Shown here: piece after piece, positions 29,377 to 38,417 of the stretch
Layout of the letters: each line of letters begins with the position of its first letter
Position numbering within the stretch: the stretch's first letter is position 1
Origin: Betaproteobacteria bacterium
GTDB lineage: Bacteria; Pseudomonadota; Gammaproteobacteria; Burkholderiales; Burkholderiaceae_C
DNA: 64,000 nt
Direction of reading: 5' to 3'
NCBI GenBank assembly: GCA_009919175.1
Contig: RGCL01000006.1
Location: forward strand, 2,211 to 66,210
Position numbers and translations under genes: made by a program
Notes under the pieces: model-generated
Databases searched by the model: none
Seen by the model: only the letters and a program-made list of their open reading frames with translations
Told to the model about the DNA's origin: nothing

Positions 29377-30168
29377 ATGGCGATTGCTTCACCTGCCCCT
29401 GCCCGCATGGCCATGCGCAACCTCCAGGCTCAGGTACTCGAGAGCCTAGGGGCAGCGATTGCCAGTGGTCAGCATCCACCAGGCTCGGCCTTGCCTGTGG
29501 AGGGTGAACTATGCACGCAATTTGGGGTGAGCCGAACGGTGATCCGTGAGGTCATCAAATCGCTGGTGGCCAAGGGCATGCTCACCACAGGTCCCAAGGT
29601 GGGCACACGCGTGTGCGATGCCTCCGAATGGAATTGGTTTGATCCCCAGGTGGTCGCCTGGCAGGCTCAATCGGGTTTGTCCAAGGACGTGTTGCGCGAC
29701 TTGCAGGAATTGAGGCGCCTGATCGAACCTGCAGCAGCCAGCCTGGCCGCCCAGCGCGCCACGCCCAGCGATCTGAATGAACTCCTGCAAGCCTATGAAG
29801 GCATGCGCGACGCCGTGGCCAACGATGGCGACTATGTGAGCCATGACCTGCGGTTTCATCAAGGATTGCTCAAAGCCAGCCACAACCAAATGATCCGGCA
29901 AATGAGCCGTGCCATGGGGGCATTGCTGCTGACCAGCTTTGAGCTGTCTTCACGCAAACCGGGGGGACCTGCGCAATCCTTGCCCCTTCACTTTGCTGTG
30001 CTGCAAGCCATTCAAAATCATGATCCCCAGGCCGCACTTGAAGCCTCATTGCAGCAAATCGATGTGGCCAAGAACGACCTGGATCTGATCTTGTTGTCCA
30101 GGCGAAAGCCACCGGATTTGTCCTCGTTTTCCAACCGCCTCATGGCTGCCGAATCCAGGCGCGCCTGA
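29377..30168 (+). CDS. FadR-subfamily GntR transcriptional regulator
   Basis: LPVEGELCTQFGVSRTVIRE...GPKVGT HTH; FCD domain DLRFH. Confidence 0.88.
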   Translation: MAIASPAPARMAMRNLQAQVLESLGAAIASGQHPPGSALPVEGELCTQFGVSRTVIREVIKSLVAKGMLTTGPKVGTRVCDASEWNWFDPQVVAWQAQSGLSKDVLRDLQELRRLIEPAAASLAAQRATPSDLNELLQAYEGMRDAVANDGDYVSHDLRFHQGLLKASHNQMIRQMSRAMGALLLTSFELSSRKPGGPAQSLPLHFAVLQAIQNHDPQAALEASLQQIDVAKNDLDLILLSRRKPPDLSSFSNRLMAAESRRA

Positions 30169-30196
30169 GCTTTTCATTCCCCTCAGAAAGTCAACC

Positions 30197-30949
30197 ATGA
30201 ACCAACTCGATCTGAATCAGAAACACGCTGTCATCACCGGAGGCGCGCAGGGCATCGGCTTTGCCGTTGCAACGCGCATGCTCAAGTCTGGGGCCTCGGT
30301 GGCCTTGTGGGACATGGATGCCAAGCGCCTGGACCAAACGCGCGCGGAGTTGTCGGCGTTGGGCAAAGTCACCACGCATGTGCTCAATCTGACGCAATTG
30401 GATCAAGTGGAACAAGCCACCGCGCAGACCCTAGCCCAGCACGGCCAGATTGACATCCTGGTGAACAACGCTGGCATCACTGGCGGCAATGCAGCGACCT
30501 GGGAGCTGGACCCCAAAGTCTGGCGCGAGGTGATTGATGTCAACCTGATGGCGCCCTATTACGTATGCCGTTGCGTGGTGCCTCACATGATCTCGCGCAA
30601 CTATGGTCGCATCGTCAATGTGGCCTCTGTGGCAGGCAAGGAAGGCAACCCCAATGCCAGTCACTACAGTGCCTCCAAAGCGGGTGTGATTGCACTGACC
30701 AAGTCTTTGGGCAAGGAATTGGCCACCAAGGGCATCATGGTCAATGCTGTGGCGCCAGCTGCGGCCAAAACCGCCATGTTTGCCACCATGACCGAGCAAC
30801 ACATTCAGTTCATGCTGAGCAAAATCCCCATGAACCGTTTTGTAGAAGTGGAAGAAATCGCAGCCATGATCGGCTGGCTCAGCAGCGATGACTGTTCTTT
30901 CACCACCGGCTCGGTGTTTGACATCACCGGTGGCCGCTCGACTTACTGA
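30197..30949 (+). CDS. SDR oxidoreductase, LRA5-like 2-keto-3-deoxy-sugar-acid dehydrogenase
   Basis: TGGAQGIG; ASVAGKEGNPNASHYSASKAG; CSFTTGSVFDITGGRSTY. Confidence 0.75.
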   Translation: MNQLDLNQKHAVITGGAQGIGFAVATRMLKSGASVALWDMDAKRLDQTRAELSALGKVTTHVLNLTQLDQVEQATAQTLAQHGQIDILVNNAGITGGNAATWELDPKVWREVIDVNLMAPYYVCRCVVPHMISRNYGRIVNVASVAGKEGNPNASHYSASKAGVIALTKSLGKELATKGIMVNAVAPAAAKTAMFATMTEQHIQFMLSKIPMNRFVEVEEIAAMIGWLSSDDCSFTTGSVFDITGGRSTY

Positions 30950-31509
30950 GTCACGCGCCGAAAGCCTTCAAAGCGCTTGGACCAGTAGGCCTGGTCCAGG
31001 CGACTGGCGCGTATGCCTGTTCGCTCGTTTTCGGCGTGCACAAATCGGCCTTCACCCACATAAATCCCCACATGGGAATTGGCAGCTCCCGTGGTGTTGA
31101 AAAACACCAAGTCACCAGGGCGTTCCTGACCGCTTGGCAGGGCCAGAGTTTGACGGGCCTGGTCTGCCGAGTTGCCCTCTAGCCTTTTCTTGACCGACTC
31201 CTGGTAGACAAAGCTCACAAAACCAGAGCAATCGAAGCCGACATTCAGTTTCTTGCCCCCATAGGTGTAATTGCGGTCCATCATGGCCATGGCCATGAGG
31301 ACCACATCATGGTGATGGTCCGGCGAAGCGGTGGAGGGGGTGAAAGCCGTTGGCATGGCCGCGGGCGCTGATGGCGGGGGCGATGGGCGAGCCGACTCCT
31401 GGACACTGGTGACGCGAGCGTTGCTGACCTCGGCCAATTCACGCTGGGAGTTGGCGCAACCCGTCAACACAATCAACACCACACTGGAAAAGTACAGCCA
31501 GGCTTTCAT
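30943..31509 (-). CDS. NlpC/P60 (C40) lipoprotein
   Basis: Lipobox LTGC; YTYGG, GFDCSGFV, PGDLVFF, SHVGIY, FVHA. Confidence 0.9.
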   Translation of the reverse strand: MKAWLYFSSVVLIVLTGCANSQRELAEVSNARVTSVQESARPSPPPSAPAAMPTAFTPSTASPDHHHDVVLMAMAMMDRNYTYGGKKLNVGFDCSGFVSFVYQESVKKRLEGNSADQARQTLALPSGQERPGDLVFFNTTGAANSHVGIYVGEGRFVHAENERTGIRASRLDQAYWSKRFEGFRRVTQ

Positions 31510-31606
31510 GACAAATCATTCTGCCATGAGCCCACGGGCCAAGACCACTTGGTTTTTTGCGAATCTGTAGAACAATGAGGCTTCGCCCTACCCTTGGAGT
31601 CCAACC

Positions 31607-31933
31607 ATGCCCCGTTTCCATGCACGCCTTTTGACCCTGGCGCTTGGATGGTGTGCGTTCACTGCCGCCTCGGAGCCTCTGATCTTCAAGGGCGCTGATG
31701 TGGTGCGCGGCCAGCAACTGATGGCCGAAGCCCGATGTGAGGCTTGTCACGCGAGGAACGTGGGCGGAGATGGCACGGACATCTACAACCCGGCGGGCAA
31801 AATCAAAACCGCAGGCCTCTTGCGCGGCATGGTGGAGTACTGCAGCACCCAGCTAAACCTGGGGTTTTTCCCGGAAGACAGCACCGATGTGGCTGCTGCA
31901 CTCAACCGCCTGCACTACCGCTTCAAGGACTGA
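31607..31933 (+). CDS. Small periplasmic c-type cytochrome, green-heme-protein-like
   Basis: Signal peptide, single CEACH heme motif, extra Cys in VEYC. Confidence 0.7.
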   Translation: MPRFHARLLTLALGWCAFTAASEPLIFKGADVVRGQQLMAEARCEACHARNVGGDGTDIYNPAGKIKTAGLLRGMVEYCSTQLNLGFFPEDSTDVAAALNRLHYRFKD

Positions 31934-31936
31934 GCC

Positions 31937-33103
31937 TTATTTCATGACCTTGCGGATGCGTTCAATGGCGCGCTCGATGTTCTGGGCACTGTTGGCATAC
32001 GAAAACCGCACATAGCCCTCACCCCAGGCGCCAAAGCTGGTGCCAGAAATGGTGGCCACATTGGCTTCATTGAGAAAGAGGTCCTGTGCCTGACGGGAGG
32101 TCATGCCCGTCGCCTTGATGTTGGGGAATGCATAAAAGGCGCCTGAGGCATCCACACAGGACACACCGGGCAGGCTGTTGAGGGCCTGAACAATGAGTTG
32201 GCGGCGCTGGTCAAAAGCCACCATCATCTCGGCCACGGCATCTTGAGGCCCCGTGAGGGCAGCCAGACCTGCATATTGGGCGGCAGCATTCACACAGGAG
32301 TGATCGTTGATGCAAAGCCGGGTCACATCGGCCACCAGCGCCTTGGGCCATACGGCATAACCCAGGCGCCAACCGGTCATGGCGTAGGTCTTGCTCCAGC
32401 CGTCGAGCATGATGAGGCGATCGCGAATTTCAGGGTAGGTCAACAGTGAGGTGTGGGTGCGCCCCCCATAAAGCATCTGGCTGTAAATCTCGTCAGACAG
32501 CAGGGCCACATGAGGGTGCTTGGCCAAACCCGCCACCAGTTTGTCGATTTCAGTCTTGGGCGTCACGCCGCCCGTGGGGTTGGCGGGGCTGTTGATGATG
32601 ATGAGGCGTGTGGCTGGCGTGATCTTGGCCAGCACCTGGTCGGCATCGAACGCAAAGTCATTGTCCTCTTGCAGGGCGTAGGGGATGGGTGTTGCGCCAC
32701 TGAACTTGATCACGGATTCGTAAATCGGAAAGCCAGGGTTGGGGTAGAGGATCTCTGCGCCAGGCTCACCAAACATGAGTACGGCAAAAAACATGGTGGG
32801 CTTGCCACCGGGCACCACGACCACGCAGTCCGGATCCACCGGCGCGCCGTGCCTGCGCTCCAGATCCTGGGCCACTGCTTGTCGCAACGGGGCAATGCCA
32901 TTGGCTGGGGTGTAACCATGATGGCCATCTTGCAAGGCCTTGATGCCTGCTTGAACAATGTGATCCGGGGTTTTGAAATCAGGCTGGCCAATGCCCAGAT
33001 TGATGATGTCCTTGCCTTGTGCCATGAGGGCTTGCGCTCTGGCAAGGACTTCAAATGCGGATTCTGTGCCTAGACGGGATAGAGATGCAGCCGTTTTCAA
33101 CAT
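31937..33103 (-). CDS. Class I/II PLP aminotransferase (aspartate aminotransferase-like)
   Basis: NLGIGQPDF, NSPANPTG, SDEIY, SKTYAMTGWRLG. Confidence 0.92.
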   Translation of the reverse strand: MLKTAASLSRLGTESAFEVLARAQALMAQGKDIINLGIGQPDFKTPDHIVQAGIKALQDGHHGYTPANGIAPLRQAVAQDLERRHGAPVDPDCVVVVPGGKPTMFFAVLMFGEPGAEILYPNPGFPIYESVIKFSGATPIPYALQEDNDFAFDADQVLAKITPATRLIIINSPANPTGGVTPKTEIDKLVAGLAKHPHVALLSDEIYSQMLYGGRTHTSLLTYPEIRDRLIMLDGWSKTYAMTGWRLGYAVWPKALVADVTRLCINDHSCVNAAAQYAGLAALTGPQDAVAEMMVAFDQRRQLIVQALNSLPGVSCVDASGAFYAFPNIKATGMTSRQAQDLFLNEANVATISGTSFGAWGEGYVRFSYANSAQNIERAIERIRKVMK

Positions 33104-33228
33104 GATGGTGAGTATGTAAATTATGAACAATTCGCAGGTTATACAACGACCCTGCAATCCTTTTGACTTCAGGACTTTAGCGATGAACTGGGCCAAAATA
33201 CGCCCTGGCCTTTCACCCGAATAGACGG

Positions 33229-35208
33229 ATGGGCTGGACTTCTTGGGCTTTTGTTGTGACCTCCTTATTTCACCCACTGCATTCATCTTTCAGGCATTGG
33301 CTTCGCATGGCCCGTGTGGAATGGATGTTGGTCACTTCATCCCTTCGCTGGACGCTCACGCTGTTGCTGGTGGCTCTGATTCCTTCGATTTACCTGCTCA
33401 TTTATCTGAGCAGCATTTGGGACCCTGCGGCCCACTCCCAATCCTTGCAAGTGGGACTGGTGAATTTGGACAAAGGCCATGCGTATCGCAATCAAACGGT
33501 GAACATTGGCACCGAGCTCACGAATAGGTTGTTCCAGAAAAAAACTTTTGGGTTCATTCATCTGCCAGATGCCGAGATGGCCAGAACTGCAGTTCGTAAA
33601 GGTGATTTGGCATTTGCAGTGGTGATCCCCAGCGATTTTTCTGCTTTGGCTTTACCCGGAATCATGGCCAACGAAGGCCATCTGGAGGTGTACACCTCGG
33701 CTGGCAATAACTATCAAACTCACTTGATGGCTAAAAAATTTGCCGAGGAATTGGACTCCGAACTTAACGAAACACTGAATCAGCAACGCTGGAAATTCGT
33801 TTTGTATTCCCCCAGCATGAATGAGGATTGGAGGCAGCTGCGCTCAGCCTTGGAGCAAATCCACAAGGGATCTAAGGAGCTGAGTGCTGGCTTAACGGAT
33901 GCTTATCGAGCCAGCAATCGCATGCAAACCGGTAGCCAGCGCTTGAGCGAAGAGGTCGTCAAATTCTCCGCAAGCTCCCAGCAGATCGCAAGTGTTTTGA
34001 GAACCATGGAGTCCTCTTTGCCTGTCGCTGACGATTTGCGACGTCTGCGGATTGGCTCCGAAGACCTGGCCAACGGACAAGCGGAACTCGATAAGGGTTT
34101 GAACAATCTCAATGCGGGCAGCCAAAAACTTTTAACAGGGCTCAAGGATTTCCGGCAGAACCAAGAGAACCTCTTTTGGGGCATGGCCAGACTCTCAGAA
34201 TGGATTGATCCGCTGGAGTCTGGTCTGATCGATCTCAACACCGGTTTGCAACGCGTGCAAATGGGACAAGCCCCACTCAAGGCGGGATCTGAGCAAGTGC
34301 GTGATGGCGTGCGTGCATTGGTTTTTGGGGTGAGGGACCTGCGCATGGGCTTGCGTCAGACCATTGAAAAATTCCCCGACAACCAGCAATTGGGTCTATT
34401 GGGCGTCCATTCACAGGAGTTGGCCAGTGCTCAAAAGCAACTCGATGTAGGCCTCAAGCAACTCCAGGAGGGTGGTGTTTATTTGAACTCCTCCTTGGAT
34501 TGGATGATCAAAAAGTTGCCCAATGAAATCCGGTTCATCGAGGGTAGCCCCGAGGGTTTGGCACATTCCGTGAGCAGCGACATCCATGTGGCCGCGCCAG
34601 TCAGTCGTCTGGGTGTGGCCATGATTCCCAACGTCTTGCCCTTGGCCATCTGGCTTGGGGCTGGAATTGCCATCTTCTTGATTCGCAGCCGTCACCTGCC
34701 CCGCTTTGCTGAGCGCTATTCGAATTTTTCAAAGCTCCTGGCCAAAGCCACCATCCCCATGATGGTGGTGTCGGCTCAGGCCATCGCGATGATGATGTTG
34801 CTGCAGTTCTGGTTCAATGCAGAGGTGGCTCATGTGTTGCCCATGATGATGATGATGGTGGTGACAGCCAATGCATTTGTGTTTGTTTTCATGCTCTTTG
34901 TTCAAATTGGTGGCGATCTGGGCAAGGCCGTGGCCATGCTGTTTTTGGCTCTGCAAATGTCTGCATCGGGGGGCGTTTTGCCAGTGGAATTGAGTGGCAG
35001 CTTTTACGCCAGCCTCAGCCCTTTTTTGCCCATGACCTGGGTGGTCCAAGGTTTGAAGGCGGCCCAATTTGGCGCCTTTGATGGCAATTGGCACCACCCC
35101 TTTTTGCTGATGGTCTTGATGGGCTTGACCAGTGCAGGACTTGGTATGTTGTTGAGCCGTTGGCACTATGCTCCCATCCACCAACTCAGACCTCAGCTGG
35201 ACCTCTGA
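33229..35208 (+). CDS. YhgE/Pip-family membrane protein (start may be 33307)
   Basis: N-terminal TM then WDP...VGLVNLDKG; long extracytoplasmic helical region with G-S-x-x-L-x-x-G repeats; C-terminal 5-TM block (LQMSASGGVLPVELSG, PFLPMTW). Confidence 0.8.
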   Translation: MGWTSWAFVVTSLFHPLHSSFRHWLRMARVEWMLVTSSLRWTLTLLLVALIPSIYLLIYLSSIWDPAAHSQSLQVGLVNLDKGHAYRNQTVNIGTELTNRLFQKKTFGFIHLPDAEMARTAVRKGDLAFAVVIPSDFSALALPGIMANEGHLEVYTSAGNNYQTHLMAKKFAEELDSELNETLNQQRWKFVLYSPSMNEDWRQLRSALEQIHKGSKELSAGLTDAYRASNRMQTGSQRLSEEVVKFSASSQQIASVLRTMESSLPVADDLRRLRIGSEDLANGQAELDKGLNNLNAGSQKLLTGLKDFRQNQENLFWGMARLSEWIDPLESGLIDLNTGLQRVQMGQAPLKAGSEQVRDGVRALVFGVRDLRMGLRQTIEKFPDNQQLGLLGVHSQELASAQKQLDVGLKQLQEGGVYLNSSLDWMIKKLPNEIRFIEGSPEGLAHSVSSDIHVAAPVSRLGVAMIPNVLPLAIWLGAGIAIFLIRSRHLPRFAERYSNFSKLLAKATIPMMVVSAQAIAMMMLLQFWFNAEVAHVLPMMMMMVVTANAFVFVFMLFVQIGGDLGKAVAMLFLALQMSASGGVLPVELSGSFYASLSPFLPMTWVVQGLKAAQFGAFDGNWHHPFLLMVLMGLTSAGLGMLLSRWHYAPIHQLRPQLDL

Positions 35209-35246
35209 ATTGCAAATGTCGTATACCTCTTTCAAGGAGAACCCTC

Positions 35247-36218
35247 ATGCTCAAGCGTCGTGAAATGATGACTTGGATGCTTGCCGCTGGAGTCGGCACC
35301 GCTGTCCAGGCACAAAGCAACTATCCCAGTAAACCTATTCGGATCATGGTTCCCTTTGGCGCTGGAGGCATTGCCGATCTCACCGCTCGAGCTGTAGGTG
35401 AGCGTCTAGCCGTTCGTCTGGGGCAGTCTGTGGTGATCGAAAACCGCCCCAGTGCGGGCGGGATTGTGGCAGGAGAGGCCGTGGCCAAGGCCGAACCAGA
35501 CGGCCACACCTTATTGTTGATGTCCAATGGCACGGCGGTCAGTGCTGGGTTGTTCAAGTCATTGCCTTTTAATCCCCGAACTGACTTCGCGCCCATTTCA
35601 TTGTTGGGATTGTTCGACATGGCGGTGGTGGTGCCTGAGAACTCCCCGCACAAGTCCATGGTTGAACTCATGGCCTATGCCAAGTCCAACCCCGGCAAGC
35701 TCAACATTGGCACCATCAACATTGGCTCCACGCAGAACCTCGCGGCTGAATTGATGCGAAGTCAAGCCAACATGGATGCTCAAATTGTCCCCTTCAACGG
35801 GACGCCCGCTCTTTTGAATGCATTGCGCGGGGGGCAGATCGACCTGGCCGTTGAAATCCTTGGCCCCCTCAAGCCACAAATTTCGGCCAAAGCCGTACGG
35901 CTATTGGCGGTCATGGGAGAGCAGCGTCCGGCTGACTTGCCCGACACCCCGACCTTGAAGGAATTGCCTCAAATGGGCGGTTTGGTGGTCTCGTCCTGGA
36001 ATGCCTTAGCTGCGCCTGCCAAGACACCCAAACCCATCATTGATCGATTGGCCTCAGAAGTGAGTCAAGTCCTGGCAGACCCAGAATTGATCAAACGACT
36101 GGCTGGCCTACAGGTCATGGCCAAATCAAGCTCGCCCGCTCAGCTTGGTCAGCTGCTCGATCGTGACATCGTTCGCTGGAGTGAGGTGATCAAGAAGGCG
36201 GGGATCCCTTTGCAATGA
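35247..36218 (+). CDS. Bug/TctC tripartite tricarboxylate transporter substrate-binding protein
   Basis: YPSKPIRIMVPFGAGG..D, VVIENRPSAGG, A.PDGHTLL. Confidence 0.92.
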   Translation: MLKRREMMTWMLAAGVGTAVQAQSNYPSKPIRIMVPFGAGGIADLTARAVGERLAVRLGQSVVIENRPSAGGIVAGEAVAKAEPDGHTLLLMSNGTAVSAGLFKSLPFNPRTDFAPISLLGLFDMAVVVPENSPHKSMVELMAYAKSNPGKLNIGTINIGSTQNLAAELMRSQANMDAQIVPFNGTPALLNALRGGQIDLAVEILGPLKPQISAKAVRLLAVMGEQRPADLPDTPTLKELPQMGGLVVSSWNALAAPAKTPKPIIDRLASEVSQVLADPELIKRLAGLQVMAKSSSPAQLGQLLDRDIVRWSEVIKKAGIPLQ

Positions 36219-36327
36219 CGGGGGCATGACCGCGCTTTGGAGCATGGACCTTTCCTGCTCTGAAGCCTGCCGATTGAATGGCAACCGGTGCTCTTAGAAT
36301 CACCTCAGCTTGGAGCGGTATACCCCG

Positions 36328-37143
36328 ATGGATTACGCAGTCACTTTTGCAACGCTTAACTGCCTGGACTACACTAAAAAATGCGTAGACAGCCTGTTGA
36401 AATCCGGGGTTTCTCTGGATCGACTCGTGATCGTCGACAACCATTCAAGCGATGGCACACAGGACTACTTGCGAACGCTCAATCCTGGTCATTTGATACT
36501 GAACCGAGACAATCTTTCCTGTGGTGCGGCATGGAACCAGGGCATCTTGGCCATGCAAAAAGAATGGACCATCGTCATGAACAACGACATCGTTGTTGCG
36601 CCCGGATTTGCAGAACGCCTCATTCAATTCGCCGTTCAAAATGATCTGAAGTTGGTTTCTCCAGCCCGAATTGATGGGCAATTGGATTACGACTTTGCGG
36701 ACTTTGCGAGCCAATCGCAAATCAACATGGCCAATGCCACTCGCTGGGGATCATCCAATGCGGTTTGCATGTGCATGCACTGGTCCTTGTTTCATCAAGT
36801 TGGATTTTTTCGCATGGCGCCCCAGCTATTGGGCTTTGAGGATGGTCTTTTCTATAACGAAATTCGCAAGCACCATATTCCTCACGCGACGACCGGTTCG
36901 GTTTGGATCCACCATTTTGGTCAAGTCACCCAAGATCACATGAAGATGGTATTGGGAATGAACACCAAAGATGTCCTGGTCAAAGTCAATGACAGAAAGC
37001 TGTATCAGCAAAGCTGGATAGAGAGAAAACTGCATCGACATCAGTTGAAGCGCTCACTGCGCCAGTGGAGAACCCAGGAATTGGCGCAATTTGGTCAGAC
37101 TTTGCATGGGTACCGGGCCAACCAGGAATTCATATGGCTTTGA
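36328..37143 (+). CDS. Glycosyltransferase family 2
   Basis: VIVDNHSSDGT, AWNQG, VMNND, GFEDG. Confidence 0.85.
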   Translation: MDYAVTFATLNCLDYTKKCVDSLLKSGVSLDRLVIVDNHSSDGTQDYLRTLNPGHLILNRDNLSCGAAWNQGILAMQKEWTIVMNNDIVVAPGFAERLIQFAVQNDLKLVSPARIDGQLDYDFADFASQSQINMANATRWGSSNAVCMCMHWSLFHQVGFFRMAPQLLGFEDGLFYNEIRKHHIPHATTGSVWIHHFGQVTQDHMKMVLGMNTKDVLVKVNDRKLYQQSWIERKLHRHQLKRSLRQWRTQELAQFGQTLHGYRANQEFIWL

Positions 37144-38417
37144 ATGGGCTGCGCCACATCAATCTGCGCAATCTGTTGATCATTTCGCCCTTGGGCTTCA
37201 TGACCTACAGGCATTGGACCAACGGCATTGTTTTTTTATTCTTTGTCCTCTCTCTGATTTACCTCTGGAGAAATCGCAGCCATCAGACTGGATCTCCAAA
37301 AACAACATCCTCAATGGGTAGCGATTTATGGGTAGTCGCTTGCCTTGCTGGCTTGGTGACTGCGGTGGGAATTGGGCAGCTGCTCAGACAGCATTTCTAT
37401 GCCCCCAATTTTGATGCCCCACTCCGGCTGGCCATGTGCATTCCGATCTACTTGGCGCTCAGAAAAGGGTGGCTCACAAATGAACAAAACCATAAACCCA
37501 TCACCGTGTGGTGGATGACGGTTATTTTTCCCCTGACTTTGATTTGGACCTTGGTCTGCTTTCTTTTGACAGCTCCGAATGAATGGGGGGTTCATCGAGG
37601 GACCTATTTTGTAGACCCATTATCTTTTTCAAGTTATTGCTTGCTATTTTCATTATTGAGCATCGGCGGACTGACCTTTCATTACAGGCAGCTGGGGCGG
37701 TTTGAAGTCCTCTTAAGCGTGCTGGGGATATTGAGTGGTTTTTACATGGCCATCATCGTCAACAGTCGGACTGGTTGGTTGAATGTGCCCTTTTTCCTTG
37801 CGCTATGGTCTTATTTCTATCTTTGGCCTCAATGGGGAACCAAGCGCACACTCATGGTCATTGCTTTGATATTGGCCTGTTTGGTTGGCATGCTCATCCA
37901 ACATCCTGGTCTCGCAGAAAAATTTCTACTGGGATTGCACGAAATCAAAGCATACAAATGGGATGAAATGAACCCAGACCAATCGGTGATCATGCGCATT
38001 TCCTTTTATCGATTGGCCTTTTTTTATTTCATTCATAACCCCTTGGCTGGATGGGGAGACCTGGGTTGGCAAACCTTGATGAATCACCCTGAAATTACCC
38101 GATTTGCCTCTCAATACACACGTGAGTCCACTTCACATGGATTTCATAATGAAATCATCACCAACTCGATCCGCTCGGGCGTGTGGGGATTGATCGCAAG
38201 TCTGATGTTTTTTGGTGTGGTTCTACAAAGGGCTGTGAATGGACTTCGTCAAGACCATGCGAAAGTCAAGTTCATATCCTTTTGCCTGATGGCATTCATT
38301 TCCCATCTTCTCCTGGCGGGGATCGGCACAGAGATCACCAACCTGGTATTTCTTTGCTCATTCATTGGATTGAGTCTCAGCGTCATGCTGGCAGAGCAAG
38401 TGAACATGGATACCTAA
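37134..38417 (+). CDS. O-antigen ligase (WaaL/Wzy_C-like) membrane protein
   Basis: About 12 TM, SRTGW, S..MR, HNPLAGWG, HGFHNEI. Confidence 0.82.
   Translation: MALNGLRHINLRNLLIISPLGFMTYRHWTNGIVFLFFVLSLIYLWRNRSHQTGSPKTTSSMGSDLWVVACLAGLVTAVGIGQLLRQHFYAPNFDAPLRLAMCIPIYLALRKGWLTNEQNHKPITVWWMTVIFPLTLIWTLVCFLLTAPNEWGVHRGTYFVDPLSFSSYCLLFSLLSIGGLTFHYRQLGRFEVLLSVLGILSGFYMAIIVNSRTGWLNVPFFLALWSYFYLWPQWGTKRTLMVIALILACLVGMLIQHPGLAEKFLLGLHEIKAYKWDEMNPDQSVIMRISFYRLAFFYFIHNPLAGWGDLGWQTLMNHPEITRFASQYTRESTSHGFHNEIITNSIRSGVWGLIASLMFFGVVLQRAVNGLRQDHAKVKFISFCLMAFISHLLLAGIGTEITNLVFLCSFIGLSLSVMLAEQVNMDT

Noticed and set aside
31539-31558. CCAAG-ACCA-CTTGG-TTTTTT terminator-like element on the plus strand
   Set aside because: The stem is only 5 bp and no plus-strand gene ends nearby; at most it stops read-through antisense to the NlpC/P60 gene.
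33104-33131. dif-like string GATGGTGAGTA-TGTAAA-TTATGAACAAT
   Set aside because: The XerD-side arm matches 8/11 of TTATGTTAAAT, but the XerC-side arm lacks CATAA. It is more likely AT-rich promoter sequence.
36310-36318. TTGGAGCGG identical to the tRNA-Gly 3' end (39439-39447), a possible att remnant
   Set aside because: Only 9 bp, explained as the SD of the GT2 gene, would put tRNA-Cys inside the island, and there is no integrase.
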